64,000 nucleotides of DNA, taken from contig JAUPKF010000003.1 in the NCBI GenBank assembly GCA_030837625.1, forward strand, positions 1,596-65,595. The letters run 5' to 3'. The notes beneath the pieces are model-generated. The model had not been told where the DNA came from. It saw nothing but the letters and a program-made list of their open reading frames with translations, and did not search any database. Position numbers and translations under genes: made by a program. Below, piece by piece: positions 20,891-29,458 of the stretch (position 1 is its first letter; every line of letters starts with the position of its first letter). This stretch comes from Patescibacteria group bacterium (lineage in GTDB: Bacteria; Patescibacteriota; Minisyncoccia; Moranbacterales; UBA2206).

Positions 20891-21883
20891 ATGAATAGAC
20901 AACGCATCTTTTCCGGCATCCAGCCGTCGGGAAACTTACACCTCGGAAATTATCTGGGCGCTATCAAAAATTGGGTCAAGCTCCAAGACGAGTATGATTC
21001 GATTTTTTGCGTGGTCGATCTCCACGCTATCACCGTCCCGCAAAACCCTGAAGAACTTCGCAAAAAAACTTTGGAAGTGGCCAAAATATACCTAGCCGCC
21101 GGAATCGATCCGGAAAAGTGCTCGATTTTCATCCAGTCGCACGTCTCAGAGCATACGGAGTTGATGTGGATTTTAAATACGATCACGAAAATTCCTGAAC
21201 TGAATAAGATGACCCAGTTCAAAGATAAGTCCGTTTCGTCTGATGTATCCAATATCAGTATTGGTGCTGGGCTTCTTAACTACCCCGTCCTCATGGCCGC
21301 TGATATTTTGCTTTACGACACAAATTTGGTGCCCGTCGGCGAAGATCAATTACAGCATATTGAAATTACCCGAACACTAGCGAAAAGATTCAATAAAAGA
21401 TTTGGCGAAACTTTTGTCATTCCAGAGCCGTATATTCAAAAAGAAGGAATGCGAATAATGGGGCTGGACGACCCAACCAAGAAAATGTCCAAATCCGCTA
21501 GCTCGGAATATAATTATATCGCTCTGACCGACGATGAGGAGACCATCCGAAAGAAAATCAAAAAAGCTGTAACCGACAGCGGATCGGAAATTGTTTACTG
21601 CGACGACAAGCCGGCGCTCAAGAATTTGATAAATATTTATTCTTTGCTCTCCGACACGCCGCCTAAAGAAATTGAAAAGAAATATGAAAACAAGGGTTAC
21701 GCTGATTTCAAATCGGATTTAGCCGACGTAGCGGTTTCATTTATGAAACCTTTCCAGAAGAAGATGAAAGAATACGACGACGAAAAAGTTCTCGAAATTC
21801 TCCGCCAAGGCGCCGAGCGCGTTCGGCCATTGGCAAAGAAGAAATTGGAAGAAGTGAAAAAGAAAATAGGGTTTGTGATTTAA
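20891..21883 (+). CDS. trpS: Tryptophanyl-tRNA synthetase
   Basis: The 330-aa ORF has class I HIGH-like (…GNLHLGNYLG…) and KMSKS motifs. Confidence 0.95.
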   Translation: MNRQRIFSGIQPSGNLHLGNYLGAIKNWVKLQDEYDSIFCVVDLHAITVPQNPEELRKKTLEVAKIYLAAGIDPEKCSIFIQSHVSEHTELMWILNTITKIPELNKMTQFKDKSVSSDVSNISIGAGLLNYPVLMAADILLYDTNLVPVGEDQLQHIEITRTLAKRFNKRFGETFVIPEPYIQKEGMRIMGLDDPTKKMSKSASSEYNYIALTDDEETIRKKIKKAVTDSGSEIVYCDDKPALKNLINIYSLLSDTPPKEIEKKYENKGYADFKSDLADVAVSFMKPFQKKMKEYDDEKVLEILRQGAERVRPLAKKKLEEVKKKIGFVI

Positions 21884-21887
21884 GTAA

Positions 21888-21966
21888 GAACGTACCGCGG
21901 AACGTACCTAGGTACGTTCCAAAAATATCCGCGAAAAAGGAGCCTTTCGGCTCCTTTCTTTTTTGA
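21888..21966. terminator. Bidirectional terminator region between trpS (+) and the phosphoglucomutase/phosphomannomutase gene (-), made of two hairpins
   Basis: The sequence GAACGTACC-gcg-GAACGTACC-TAG-GTACGTTCC is a perfect 22-bp palindrome. It is followed by aaaaaGGAGCCtttcGGCTCCtttctttttt. Confidence 0.6.
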
Positions 21967-21973
21967 AATATTT

Positions 21974-23323
21974 TTAGTTTCTTATTATTCCCAGCACCTC
22001 ATCTCTTTTTTCTTCCATCAGTTCTTTCGTCTTGGCTTCCAGATTGAGCCGCAATTTTGGTTCAGTGTTGGACGCCCGGACATTAAACCACCAGTCGGGA
22101 AAATCAATTCGGATTCCATCCAACGTATCCAGCTTGCCGTCGGAATATTTTTCTTTGAGCTTCTCCAAAACCGCATCTTTATCTGCCACGTCGGAATTTA
22201 TTTCCCCGCTGTGAAAATATCTCTTGAGATTAGCCACAAGCTCTGACATTTTTTGTCCGGTTTGATTCATGAGGTTTAGAATTGTAACAGCCGCCAAGGT
22301 CGCCATTTCCGACTTAGAGTTTTCTTCAAAGAAATAGTGTCCGGAAAGTTCTCCGGCAAACACCGCTTGTTCTTCGCGCATTTGTTTTTTGATGAGCGAA
22401 TGTCCCACTCGACAGCGGTTGACTTTCCCTCCGGCCTCCTCAATCACTTCACGAACGGCGTTGGAACTGCGAAGATCCATCAAAACAAGACTGCCGGGAT
22501 ATTTTTTTAAAACTTCTTTAGCTAAAAGCGCGATGACATAATCCATCGGGATAACCTCGCCCTTTTCTGAAACAAAACCAACCCTGTCGGCATCTCCATC
22601 ATAGGAGATCCCCAAATCAGCCTTTTCTTCCAAAACTTTTTTCTGCAAGGCCTCGAGTGTCTCGGTTTTCAGGGGGTTCGCCTCGTGATTAGGGAATCTT
22701 CCGTCAAAATCGTCATACAGATAAACCGCTTCGATATCGGAAGATAGTTTTTGGTAAACATCTTTGTCGACAATCCCCATGCCGTTGGCAAAATCAACCA
22801 CGACTTTCCTGCGCCCCAGGCCGCTTTTGAAAAAACCGGCTATATATCCAATATACTTGTTTTTCAACTCTCCATCCTCTCCCACTGCCCCTTTATCGAT
22901 TCCGTCGGAAAATTCGCCCTTGATGGCCAAGTCACGGATTTCTTCCATCCCGCTTCCCTCTCCGATCGGCACGGCTCCTTTCAAACAAAATTTCATCCCG
23001 TTATATTCTGCCGGATTATGCGAAGCAGTAACCATAACCGCCGCGTCCACATCCAGGTTCCAAGAAGCAAAATAGAGCATCGGGGTCGAACTCAAGCCGA
23101 TTTTCACCACATTTGCCCCCTGGTCGATCATACCTTTTATGACCGCCTCCTCCAGTTTCGGCGAAGACTCCCGCATATCAATCCCCACCGCCACCTTTTT
23201 CGCCTTAGTATAAGTTATCAATGCTCGGCCGATATTATACGCTGTATCGGCATTGATTTCCTCCGGATAAAGTCCCCGAATATCATACGCTTTGAAAATT
23301 CCCGGATTGATTGGCTCTTTCAT
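21974..23323 (-). CDS. Phosphoglucomutase/phosphomannomutase (alpha-D-phosphohexomutase family)
   Basis: The active-site motif is ...TASHNPAEYNGMK.... The probable start is MKEPINPGIFKAYDIRG at 23323, while the track ORF starts at 23362. Confidence 0.85.
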   Translation of the reverse strand: MKEPINPGIFKAYDIRGLYPEEINADTAYNIGRALITYTKAKKVAVGIDMRESSPKLEEAVIKGMIDQGANVVKIGLSSTPMLYFASWNLDVDAAVMVTASHNPAEYNGMKFCLKGAVPIGEGSGMEEIRDLAIKGEFSDGIDKGAVGEDGELKNKYIGYIAGFFKSGLGRRKVVVDFANGMGIVDKDVYQKLSSDIEAVYLYDDFDGRFPNHEANPLKTETLEALQKKVLEEKADLGISYDGDADRVGFVSEKGEVIPMDYVIALLAKEVLKKYPGSLVLMDLRSSNAVREVIEEAGGKVNRCRVGHSLIKKQMREEQAVFAGELSGHYFFEENSKSEMATLAAVTILNLMNQTGQKMSELVANLKRYFHSGEINSDVADKDAVLEKLKEKYSDGKLDTLDGIRIDFPDWWFNVRASNTEPKLRLNLEAKTKELMEEKRDEVLGIIRN

Positions 23324-23479
23324 TTTGTTAAGCTTAATTGTTACGCCCCTATAATACCACAAGTCCCGCCTGTTCTTCCAGCAACTGCGCGCCTGTTGCC
23401 GTCCAACCTAAAACTCGGTTTTAGGTTTTGGCTATAAGCTTGATAGAACATATTTGATTAAACTGTTCCGTTATACTAT

Positions 23480-23525
23480 CATTCGTACATTAGTATATTC
23501 GTATATAATTCGTAATTCGTAAAGA
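23480..23525. repeat. TTCGTA-unit repeat tract upstream of ychF
   Basis: Sequence is cattcgtacattagtatattcgtatataattcgtaattcgtaaagaaatcATG. Confidence 0.45.
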
Positions 23526-23529
23526 AATC

Positions 23530-24576
23530 ATGAAGATAGGCATCGTCGGTCTCCCTAATGTCGGAAAATCCACCCTTTTCAAAGCGTTGACTAGAAATCC
23601 GGTGGATATAAACAACTATCCTTTCTGCACCATCGAACCGAATGTCGGGATTGTTAAGGTTCCGGACACGCGGCTTTCGCAATTGGCGGAAATGTCACAG
23701 TCAAAAAAAATAGTGCCGACGGTCATCGAATTCGTGGATATCGCCGGACTGGTCAAGGGCGCTTCCACTGGCGAAGGACTGGGCAATAAATTTTTGGCCA
23801 ACATCCGCGAAGTGGACGCCATTGCGCAAGTAGTACGAGCATTCGATAATTCCAATATTATCCATGTGCATAATAAAATCGATCCGGAAAGCGATATTGA
23901 AATAATCAATACCGAATTAATTTTAGCCGATTTAGAAACGGTAAAAAAAGCAAAAACCAGACTTGAAAAAGATTTACGCGGAAACAAAAAAGGCGCGGAC
24001 ATACAATTGGCTGTAGTTAACGAAATTCAGAAAATTTTAGAAGAAGGGCGTTTGGCTAACGAATTAAAATTAGATTTGACCGAAGAATATACAGCCCAAA
24101 TTATACGGGAATTATCTCTTCTCACGATGAAACCGTTTTTGTATGTATATAATGTTTCCGATATTAACGAAAAGTTATCAGAAAGCTTGGAAAGCAGAAA
24201 CCACACTAAACTGGATATAAAAATAGAAGAAGAATTGCTTGAGATGACAAAAGAAGAAGCGGCGGAGCTGGAGATAAAATCCAATTTGGACAATTTAATC
24301 CTCAAAGCTTATGAGATTTTGGGATTGATTACGTTCTTAACCACCGGCGTTGACGAGTCCCGCGCTTGGACAATTAAAAAAGGCTGGACCGCGCCTTTGG
24401 CCGGTACAGCCATCCATAACGATTTCAAGGACAAATTCATCCGGGCGGAGGTTGTCCAATGGGGCGAACTTTTGGAAATTGGATCTTGGTCTAAAGCCCG
24501 GGAATTGGGAAAGCTTAGATTGGAGGGAAAGGAATATATGGTACAAGACGGAGATGTTATTGAGTTTAAGATATAG
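23530..24576 (+). CDS. ychF: Ribosome-binding ATPase YchF (Obg-family GTPase)
   Basis: The 348-aa ORF has a G1 motif ([13 protein letters not shown]) and a C-terminal TGS domain. Confidence 0.9.
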   Translation: MKIGIVGLPNVGKSTLFKALTRNPVDINNYPFCTIEPNVGIVKVPDTRLSQLAEMSQSKKIVPTVIEFVDIAGLVKGASTGEGLGNKFLANIREVDAIAQVVRAFDNSNIIHVHNKIDPESDIEIINTELILADLETVKKAKTRLEKDLRGNKKGADIQLAVVNEIQKILEEGRLANELKLDLTEEYTAQIIRELSLLTMKPFLYVYNVSDINEKLSESLESRNHTKLDIKIEEELLEMTKEEAAELEIKSNLDNLILKAYEILGLITFLTTGVDESRAWTIKKGWTAPLAGTAIHNDFKDKFIRAEVVQWGELLEIGSWSKARELGKLRLEGKEYMVQDGDVIEFKI

Positions 24577-24806
24577 CGCTCTTGACCAAATCAAAAGGCC
24601 GGTATATACTCAAGTTAATTTGGAAAGTCCGATATTCTCTCGCTCCGTTCCTACGGAGATAAGAGAATAACATCCGTCACCGGGACTTTCTTGGGGACGG
24701 GCTTTATTATTCGCTAAAGCAGAGCGAATGTCAGCTAATAGGAGCGAACTTGCTAATTTGGATTAGCTCTAATTCGCTAAAATTAGCTCGACTTTCGCAA
24801 GTTATT

Positions 24807-25286
24807 ATGAAATACGAACTATTCTACCTGGTTGGCGCTTCCAAGGAAGCAGAGTTGGAAAATATCCGCAAAGAAGTTTCCGCTATTGTCGCTGAAAACG
24901 GCGGCGTTTTTGAGGAAAAAGAAACGCAGGAAAAAAGAAGACTGGCCTACGAAATCAAGCATGAGACCCACGGCATTTATACCGCCCAAAGATTCGAGCT
25001 GGTCGAAGCGGAAAACCTTGCCAAAATAAACCGAAAACTCAATTTGAATGCTGGAGTTCTGCGCTTCCTGATTAGCAAAGCCGACGAACTGCCCGAACTT
25101 AGATCTAAAGAAGAGCGCATCAGCGAAGAGCAGACCAAGGAAGCTCGGACGCAAAAATTCAAGGAGGAGAAAAAAGCCGAACAAAAGAAAGCTGAAGCAG
25201 TGGAAGAAAAGAAAGAAGCGGGAGATAAAAAATCCCAACCACAAGAAGACATCGACAAAAAATTAGAGGAAATACTAAACATTTAA
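24807..25286 (+). CDS. rpsF: 30S ribosomal protein S6 with a K/E-rich C-terminal extension
   Basis: The S6 core begins at MKYELFYLV. The track ORF starts at 24750. The acidic/basic tail is ~70 aa. Confidence 0.85.
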   Translation: MKYELFYLVGASKEAELENIRKEVSAIVAENGGVFEEKETQEKRRLAYEIKHETHGIYTAQRFELVEAENLAKINRKLNLNAGVLRFLISKADELPELRSKEERISEEQTKEARTQKFKEEKKAEQKKAEAVEEKKEAGDKKSQPQEDIDKKLEEILNI

Positions 25287-25287
25287 C

Positions 25288-25397
25288 CGCGATTCGAATC
25301 AACGAATGCATCCGAATCTGCGAATTTACGAATTTTTATTCGTAGCTATTCGCGGATTCGTGAATTCGAATTAATTCGTAGATTCGTATCGGTAAAA
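25288..25397 (+). promoter_or_regulatory. Copy B of the ~110-bp repeated leader element, ending directly at the ssb start
   Basis: Sequence is ccgcgattcgaatcaacgaatgcatccgaatctgcgaatttacgaatttttattcgtagctattcgcggattcgtgaattcgaattaattcgtagattcgtatcggtaaaattATG. Confidence 0.5.
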
Positions 25398-25399
25398 TT

Positions 25400-25882
25400 A
25401 TGAATGTAAACAAAGTTCTCTTGGTCGGGCGGCTGACGCGCGACCCGGAAGTAAGAAATACTTCTTCCGGACAGACTGTCGCATCGATTTCTTTGGCCAC
25501 GGGATACACTTGGAAAGATAAAAACGGCCAGAAACAGGAACGAACGGAATTTCATAACCTGGTTCTCTGGGGACGGCTGGGAGAAATTGCCGGGCAATAC
25601 CTTATCAAAGGCCAGGAAGCTTACTTTGAAGGCCGCTTGCAAACGCAAAAATATACCGACAAAACCGGCGCCGACCGATACAAAACTGAAATTGTGGTTG
25701 AAAATATGCAGCTTGGAGCGAAGCCCCGGAGCGCTTATGACTCCGGCGGAGCTGGCGGATACAACAAGCCTGCTCCTCAACCGCAATCTCCTTCCTCTCA
25801 ACCGGAAGCTCCCGCGGAAGCTCTCCCGACCATCAATTTGGATGAGGAAGAAGAAGTGAAAATCGAAGACGTACCCTTTTAA
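25400..25882 (+). CDS. ssb: Single-stranded DNA-binding protein
   Basis: The 160-aa ORF has an OB fold (…LVGRLTRDPEVR…). A G/P/Q-rich linker leads to an acidic C-terminus ending in DVPF. Confidence 0.9.
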   Translation: MNVNKVLLVGRLTRDPEVRNTSSGQTVASISLATGYTWKDKNGQKQERTEFHNLVLWGRLGEIAGQYLIKGQEAYFEGRLQTQKYTDKTGADRYKTEIVVENMQLGAKPRSAYDSGGAGGYNKPAPQPQSPSSQPEAPAEALPTINLDEEEEVKIEDVPF

Positions 25883-25984
25883 ACATTTACGAACTACGAA
25901 ATTAACGAAATACGAAACAAAATGCTACGCCCTTTTCGTACTTTCGTATTTCGTATTGATTTCGTAATTCGTAAAACGTAAATT
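25883..25984. repeat. Hairpin of TACGAA/TTCGTA units between ssb and rpsR
   Basis: Sequence is acgaactacgaaattaacgaaatacgaaac ... cgtactttcgtatttcgtattgatttcgtaattcgtaaaacgtaa. Confidence 0.55.
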
Positions 25985-26206
25985 ATGAACGAAATTCAAC
26001 AGGAAAAAAAATTATGCCATTTTTGCCAGAACAAAATGGATAAAATCGATTTTAAGGATGCTTATCTCATCCGGCGTTTTATGAACTCCCAAGGTAAGAT
26101 TTATCCTCCGAAAAGGCACGGCACTTGCGCCCGCCATCAAAGAGTTCTCGCTAACGCCATCAAAAAAGCCCGCGTGATGGCCTTGGTGCCGTTCGTCGCT
26201 CGATAA
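25985..26206 (+). CDS. rpsR: 30S ribosomal protein S18
   Basis: The 73-aa ORF has the S18 signature ...IDFKDAYLIRRFMNSQGKI...RHQRVLANAIKKAR.... Confidence 0.9.
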   Translation: MNEIQQEKKLCHFCQNKMDKIDFKDAYLIRRFMNSQGKIYPPKRHGTCARHQRVLANAIKKARVMALVPFVAR

Positions 26207-26209
26207 TTA

Positions 26210-26300
26210 TCCTCACGCAACACACAACACGTAACACGTAACAAAAAAAATTGTTATATAAAATGTTATGTGTTATGTGTTATGTGCTATGTGCTATGTG
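26210..26300. repeat. Hairpin of CACGTAA and GTTATGT units, partner of 27300..27397
   Basis: Sequence is cacgcaacacacaacacgtaacacgtaac-aaaaaaaa-ttgttatataaaatgttatgtgttatgtgttatgtgctatgtg. It is the reverse-complement partner of 27307-27350. Confidence 0.55.
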
Positions 26301-26305
26301 AAATA

Positions 26306-26863
26306 ATGCTAAGCATCTCCGACATAAAAACAGGAAAAAATATACTTTGGAATGAAACGCCTTACGTCGTTCTCTACCACGAGCATTCCAAGACGGGCCG
26401 GGCCGGATCGGTTTTGCGCACTCGCCTCAAGAATCTCTCGACCGGCGCGGTGCTGGAAAAAACTTTCCAAGGAGCTGAATCGGTGGAAGAAGCCGACATT
26501 GCCAAAGCCAAAGCCCAATATATTTACAAAGACGGAGAAGATTACCACTTTATGGACAGCGAATCTTACGAGCAGTTTTATCTTTCTGAGAAAGCTTTGG
26601 GAAATAACGTAAACTATCTAAAAGAAGGAACTGAAATAATCATTCTCACTTTTAACGGCAATCCGATAAATATCGAGCTTCCGATAAAGGTAACACTCCA
26701 GGTAACCGAGGCTCCTCCCGGTATCAAAGGCGATACCGTTTCAACCGGAGGAAAAGTCGTCACTCTTGAGACTGGTCTCAAAGTATCCGCCCCGCTTTTT
26801 GTCAAAACCGGCGATAATATAATTATCAACACCGAAAAAGGCGAATACGTCAGCCGAGCCTAG
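26306..26863 (+). CDS. efp: Elongation factor P
   Basis: The start is MLSISDIKTGKNI at 26306, while the track ORF begins at 26270. The sequence includes ...KTGRAGSVLRTRLKNLSTGA..., with the conserved Lys/Arg loop. Confidence 0.9.
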   Translation: MLSISDIKTGKNILWNETPYVVLYHEHSKTGRAGSVLRTRLKNLSTGAVLEKTFQGAESVEEADIAKAKAQYIYKDGEDYHFMDSESYEQFYLSEKALGNNVNYLKEGTEIIILTFNGNPINIELPIKVTLQVTEAPPGIKGDTVSTGGKVVTLETGLKVSAPLFVKTGDNIIINTEKGEYVSRA

Positions 26864-26865
26864 CT

Positions 26866-27318
26866 ATGACAATTATCGCGATAAATAAACGCTCCAGTTT
26901 CGATTATGAAATCCTGGAAAAATTCGAGGCCGGTTTGGTTCTTTCAGGACAGGAAACAAAATCAATCAAAACCGGACATATCAGCCTCAAGGAAAGCTTC
27001 GTAACAATCAAGGGATCGGAACTGTATTTAACTAACGCGCACATTCCTTTCTACAAACACGCCGGAAACTCCGCCGCGTACGATCCGACCCGCCCGCGGA
27101 AACTGCTCTTGCGAAAAGAAGAGATCAAAAGAATCATCGGAAAGGCTCGCATAGAAGGCTTGACATTGGTGCCGATTAGAGTGTATACTAAAAAACGCTA
27201 TTTAAAGCTAGAATTTGGCATAGCTAAAGGGAAAAAGAAGTTTGACAAACGGCAAGACATCAAGAGAAAAGAAGCTGAAAGAGGGATGAGAAGAATGCTG
27301 AAGTCACATAACACGTAA
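26866..27318 (+). CDS. smpB: SsrA-binding protein SmpB
   Basis: The 150-aa ORF has SmpB core motifs and a basic C-terminal tail. Confidence 0.9.
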   Translation: MTIIAINKRSSFDYEILEKFEAGLVLSGQETKSIKTGHISLKESFVTIKGSELYLTNAHIPFYKHAGNSAAYDPTRPRKLLLRKEEIKRIIGKARIEGLTLVPIRVYTKKRYLKLEFGIAKGKKKFDKRQDIKRKEAERGMRRMLKSHNT

Positions 27319-27397
27319 CACATAGCACATAACATTTTATATAACAAAAAAAATTATTTTTTGTTACGTGTTACGTGTTGTGTGCTACGTGACAAGC
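27300..27397. repeat. Hairpin of CACGTAA/GTTACGTG units after smpB
   Basis: Sequence is cataacacgtaacacatagcacataacattttatataacaaaaaaaattattttttgttacgtgttacgtgttgtgtgctacgtg. Confidence 0.55.
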
Positions 27398-27791
27398 GGG
27401 GATGTTTGGTTTCGACAAGTTGTACGTTTAAAACAGGCAAGCCGAAGATGATAAACCTTCGTAAAATATTTATCAAACGAATAAGTGCAAACTTAATTCA
27501 AAAAGCAAAGGTTGCTTTCGCTAACGCGTTCTCAACCAATTATGCTTACGCCTTGGCTTAATATAAGCTGGCGTCATCGGACCTTCAACTCCCAATAGGA
27601 GACCTCCGGTGTTATACATTGGGATAGCGCTTATTGCATTCTCTTGGCAATATGCGTAAAATTGACATAGGGATAGGTTAAAGTAATTTTTCTTATTTTT
27701 ATCTCTAGCCGATATTATCAAATAAGATAAGCTTGTAGATTGTTTTTGATGAATAATTTTGGACATGGGTTCAATTCCCATCATCTCCACA
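27398..27791 (+). ncRNA. ssrA: tmRNA (ssrA) immediately downstream of smpB
   Basis: The 5' end GGGGAUGUUUGGUUUCGACAAG matches the canonical GGGGnUGnUUnnGGnUUCGAC pattern. An internal tag reading frame ...ANLIQKAKVAFANAFSTNYAYALA ends at UAA (27561). The 3' T-arm GGGTTCAATTCCC plus CATCTCC pairs with the 5' GGGGATG. Confidence 0.8.
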
Positions 27792-27801
27792 AGAGCGAGT
27801 T

Positions 27802-27852
27802 TCCGCCATAGGCGGATCAGCCTATGGCTGACGATTCTCGCCATCTCCACAA
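27802..27852 (+). repeat. 30-nt dual-hairpin module just after the tmRNA 3' end, followed by a second copy of an 11-nt segment of the tmRNA 3' end (direct repeat)
   Basis: The module is TCCGCCataGGCGGA + TCAGCCtatGGCTGA at 27802-27831. CATCTCCACAA occurs at 27782-27792 (within the tmRNA 3' end) and again at 27842-27852. Confidence 0.6.
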
Positions 27853-27872
27853 TAATAATTAACACCAAAATA

Positions 27873-28418
27873 ATTAGAAGATCACCCTACAAAAAACCGT
27901 TTTTCAAAAAAAGGGAACCTCGGACGAGAATCAATGATTATATACGAGCTCCCCAGATTCGAGTTGTCGATGACAGCGGAAACCAACTCGGAATAATGCC
28001 GCCTTCCCAGGCGCTGGCATTGGCCAAGGAAAAAGAGCTTGATTTGGTTGAAATCGCCCCCAATGCCAAGCCGCCCGTTTGCCGGATAATGGATTTCGGG
28101 AAATACCAATACCAGAAATCACGAGAAGAAAGACAAAACCGGGCCAGACAGAAAAAAGTCGACATTAAGGGAATCCGCATCGGCGTAAGAACCGACGATC
28201 ACGATCTGGGATTCAAAAAAGACCAAGCGGAAAAGTTTTTGAAAAAAGGCCACAAACTCAAATTGGAAATCCGCCTCCGAGGAAGGGAAAAAGCCCACCA
28301 GGATCTGGCGCGAAAAAATCTGGTTGAATTCATAAAAACCATAGAAGTGCCAAATAAACTGGAGCAAGAGGTAAAAAGATTTCCCGGAGGATTTAACGCC
28401 ATAATCGCACCGCAATAA
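27873..28418 (+). CDS. infC: Translation initiation factor IF-3, with a non-AUG start
   Basis: The IF-3 N-domain ...RINDYIRAPQIRVVDDSGNQLGIM... and the C-domain are present. The only in-frame ATG (27759) lies inside the tmRNA. The likely start is AUU at 27873 or AUC at 27930, as is typical for infC. Confidence 0.8.
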   Translation: MRRSPYKKPFFKKREPRTRINDYIRAPQIRVVDDSGNQLGIMPPSQALALAKEKELDLVEIAPNAKPPVCRIMDFGKYQYQKSREERQNRARQKKVDIKGIRIGVRTDDHDLGFKKDQAEKFLKKGHKLKLEIRLRGREKAHQDLARKNLVEFIKTIEVPNKLEQEVKRFPGGFNAIIAPQ

Positions 28419-28530
28419 CCGCGATTCGAATCAACGAATGCATCCGAATCTGCGAATTTACGAATTTTACTCTTAGCTATTCGTAGATTCGTGAATTCGA
28501 ATAAATTCGTAGATTCGGATCGGTAAAATT
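28419..28530 (+). promoter_or_regulatory. Copy C of the ~110-bp repeated leader element, ending directly at the rpmI start
   Basis: Copy C is ~95% identical to copy B. It starts right after the infC stop and ends ...cggatcggtaaaattATG. Confidence 0.5.
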
Positions 28531-28728
28531 ATGCCTAAAATTAAAACATTCAAAGCGCTTTCTAAAAAGGTAAAAATTACCAAAAAAAAGAAAGTTATCC
28601 GCAGAAAGACCAAGCAGAACCATTATAATTCCAAAGAAACCGGAGAGCAAGGCAGAAGCAAAAAAAAGGATGTTCGCCTTTTCAAGGCTGACGAGAAAAA
28701 CGTCCTGAAAGCCTTGCCATATAACTAA
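28531..28728 (+). CDS. rpmI: 50S ribosomal protein L35
   Basis: The 65-aa ORF starts MPKIKT..., has a highly basic composition and the L35 pattern. Confidence 0.9.
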   Translation: MPKIKTFKALSKKVKITKKKKVIRRKTKQNHYNSKETGEQGRSKKKDVRLFKADEKNVLKALPYN

Positions 28729-28821
28729 AATCACGTAACACGTAACACGTAACACGTAACAAATCAGTCAAATCTATTTGTTATTTATGTTATGTGATAT
28801 GTGTTATGTGTTATGTGAATC
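28725..28821. repeat. Hairpin of CACGTAA/GTTATGT units between rpmI and rplT
   Basis: Sequence is aatcacgtaacacgtaacacgtaacacgtaac-aaatcagtcaaatctatttgttatttatgttatgtgatatgtgttatgtgttatgtg. Confidence 0.55.
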
Positions 28822-29166
28822 ATGACACGAGTAAAACGCGGGGTTGCCGCTTCAAAACGCAGGAAAAATTTGTTAGAAGACGCCAAAGGATACCGCTGGA
28901 GAAGGAAGTCCACTTTTCGCGCCGCTAAACAAGCGGTGATCAAGGCCGGCAGTTACGCTCTGCGCGACAGGCGCGCCAAGAAAAGAACTATGCGACGACT
29001 CTGGATTACCCGGCTCAATACCGCCCTTAAGGAACTGGGACTGCGCTACAGCCCTTTCATAAAAACAATGGTTGAAAAGAAAATCGAAGTCGACCGCAAG
29101 GTCCTTTCCCAAATGGCCGTTGAAAATCCGAAAGTCTTCGCTAAGCTTATAGAAAGTATAAAGTAG
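28822..29166 (+). CDS. rplT: 50S ribosomal protein L20
   Basis: The 114-aa ORF starts MTRVKRGVAASKRRK... and has the L20 signature. Confidence 0.9.
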   Translation: MTRVKRGVAASKRRKNLLEDAKGYRWRRKSTFRAAKQAVIKAGSYALRDRRAKKRTMRRLWITRLNTALKELGLRYSPFIKTMVEKKIEVDRKVLSQMAVENPKVFAKLIESIK

Positions 29167-29251
29167 CAAGTATCAGGTATAAAGCAAAAAATCCCCTCGG
29201 GGATTTTTTGCTTTATCATTTCTACGCTTTATACTTTCTACTTACTACTTT

Positions 29252-29458
29252 CTACTTTTTCAAAATCATCTCCTTCACCAACCTCCAAAGAGCGTAAAAC
29301 GGCAGCCAAAGCCACAAAGTTTTTCGAAACCACTTATCGATAAAAACGTTAGGATTGGATCCGGAAGAAAATACATCCATCAGCAAGCGCACCCCGAGAA
29401 TTGTTACCGCTAAAATTATTATTAATATCCAATAACCTCCATTCATACAAAAATTCAA
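29252..29458 (-). CDS. Possible small membrane protein (68 aa)
   Basis: It has two hydrophobic helices. Its ATG overlaps the upstream HAD gene stop (ATGA). Confidence 0.3.
   Translation of the reverse strand: MNFCMNGGYWILIIILAVTILGVRLLMDVFSSGSNPNVFIDKWFRKTLWLWLPFYALWRLVKEMILKK

Noticed and set aside
21888-21920. GAACGTACC...GTACGTTCC palindrome as a LexA (Cheo-type GAAC-N4-GTTC) box
   Set aside because: The spacing (GAAC-N12-GTTC) does not fit known LexA motifs, and the site lies downstream of trpS in a terminator context. It is better read as a terminator hairpin.
27521-27868. Track ORF 27521..27868 (-) and the ATG at 27759 as the infC start
   Set aside because: Both overlap the tmRNA gene. 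IF-3 is known to use non-AUG starts, and conservation begins around RINDYIRA.
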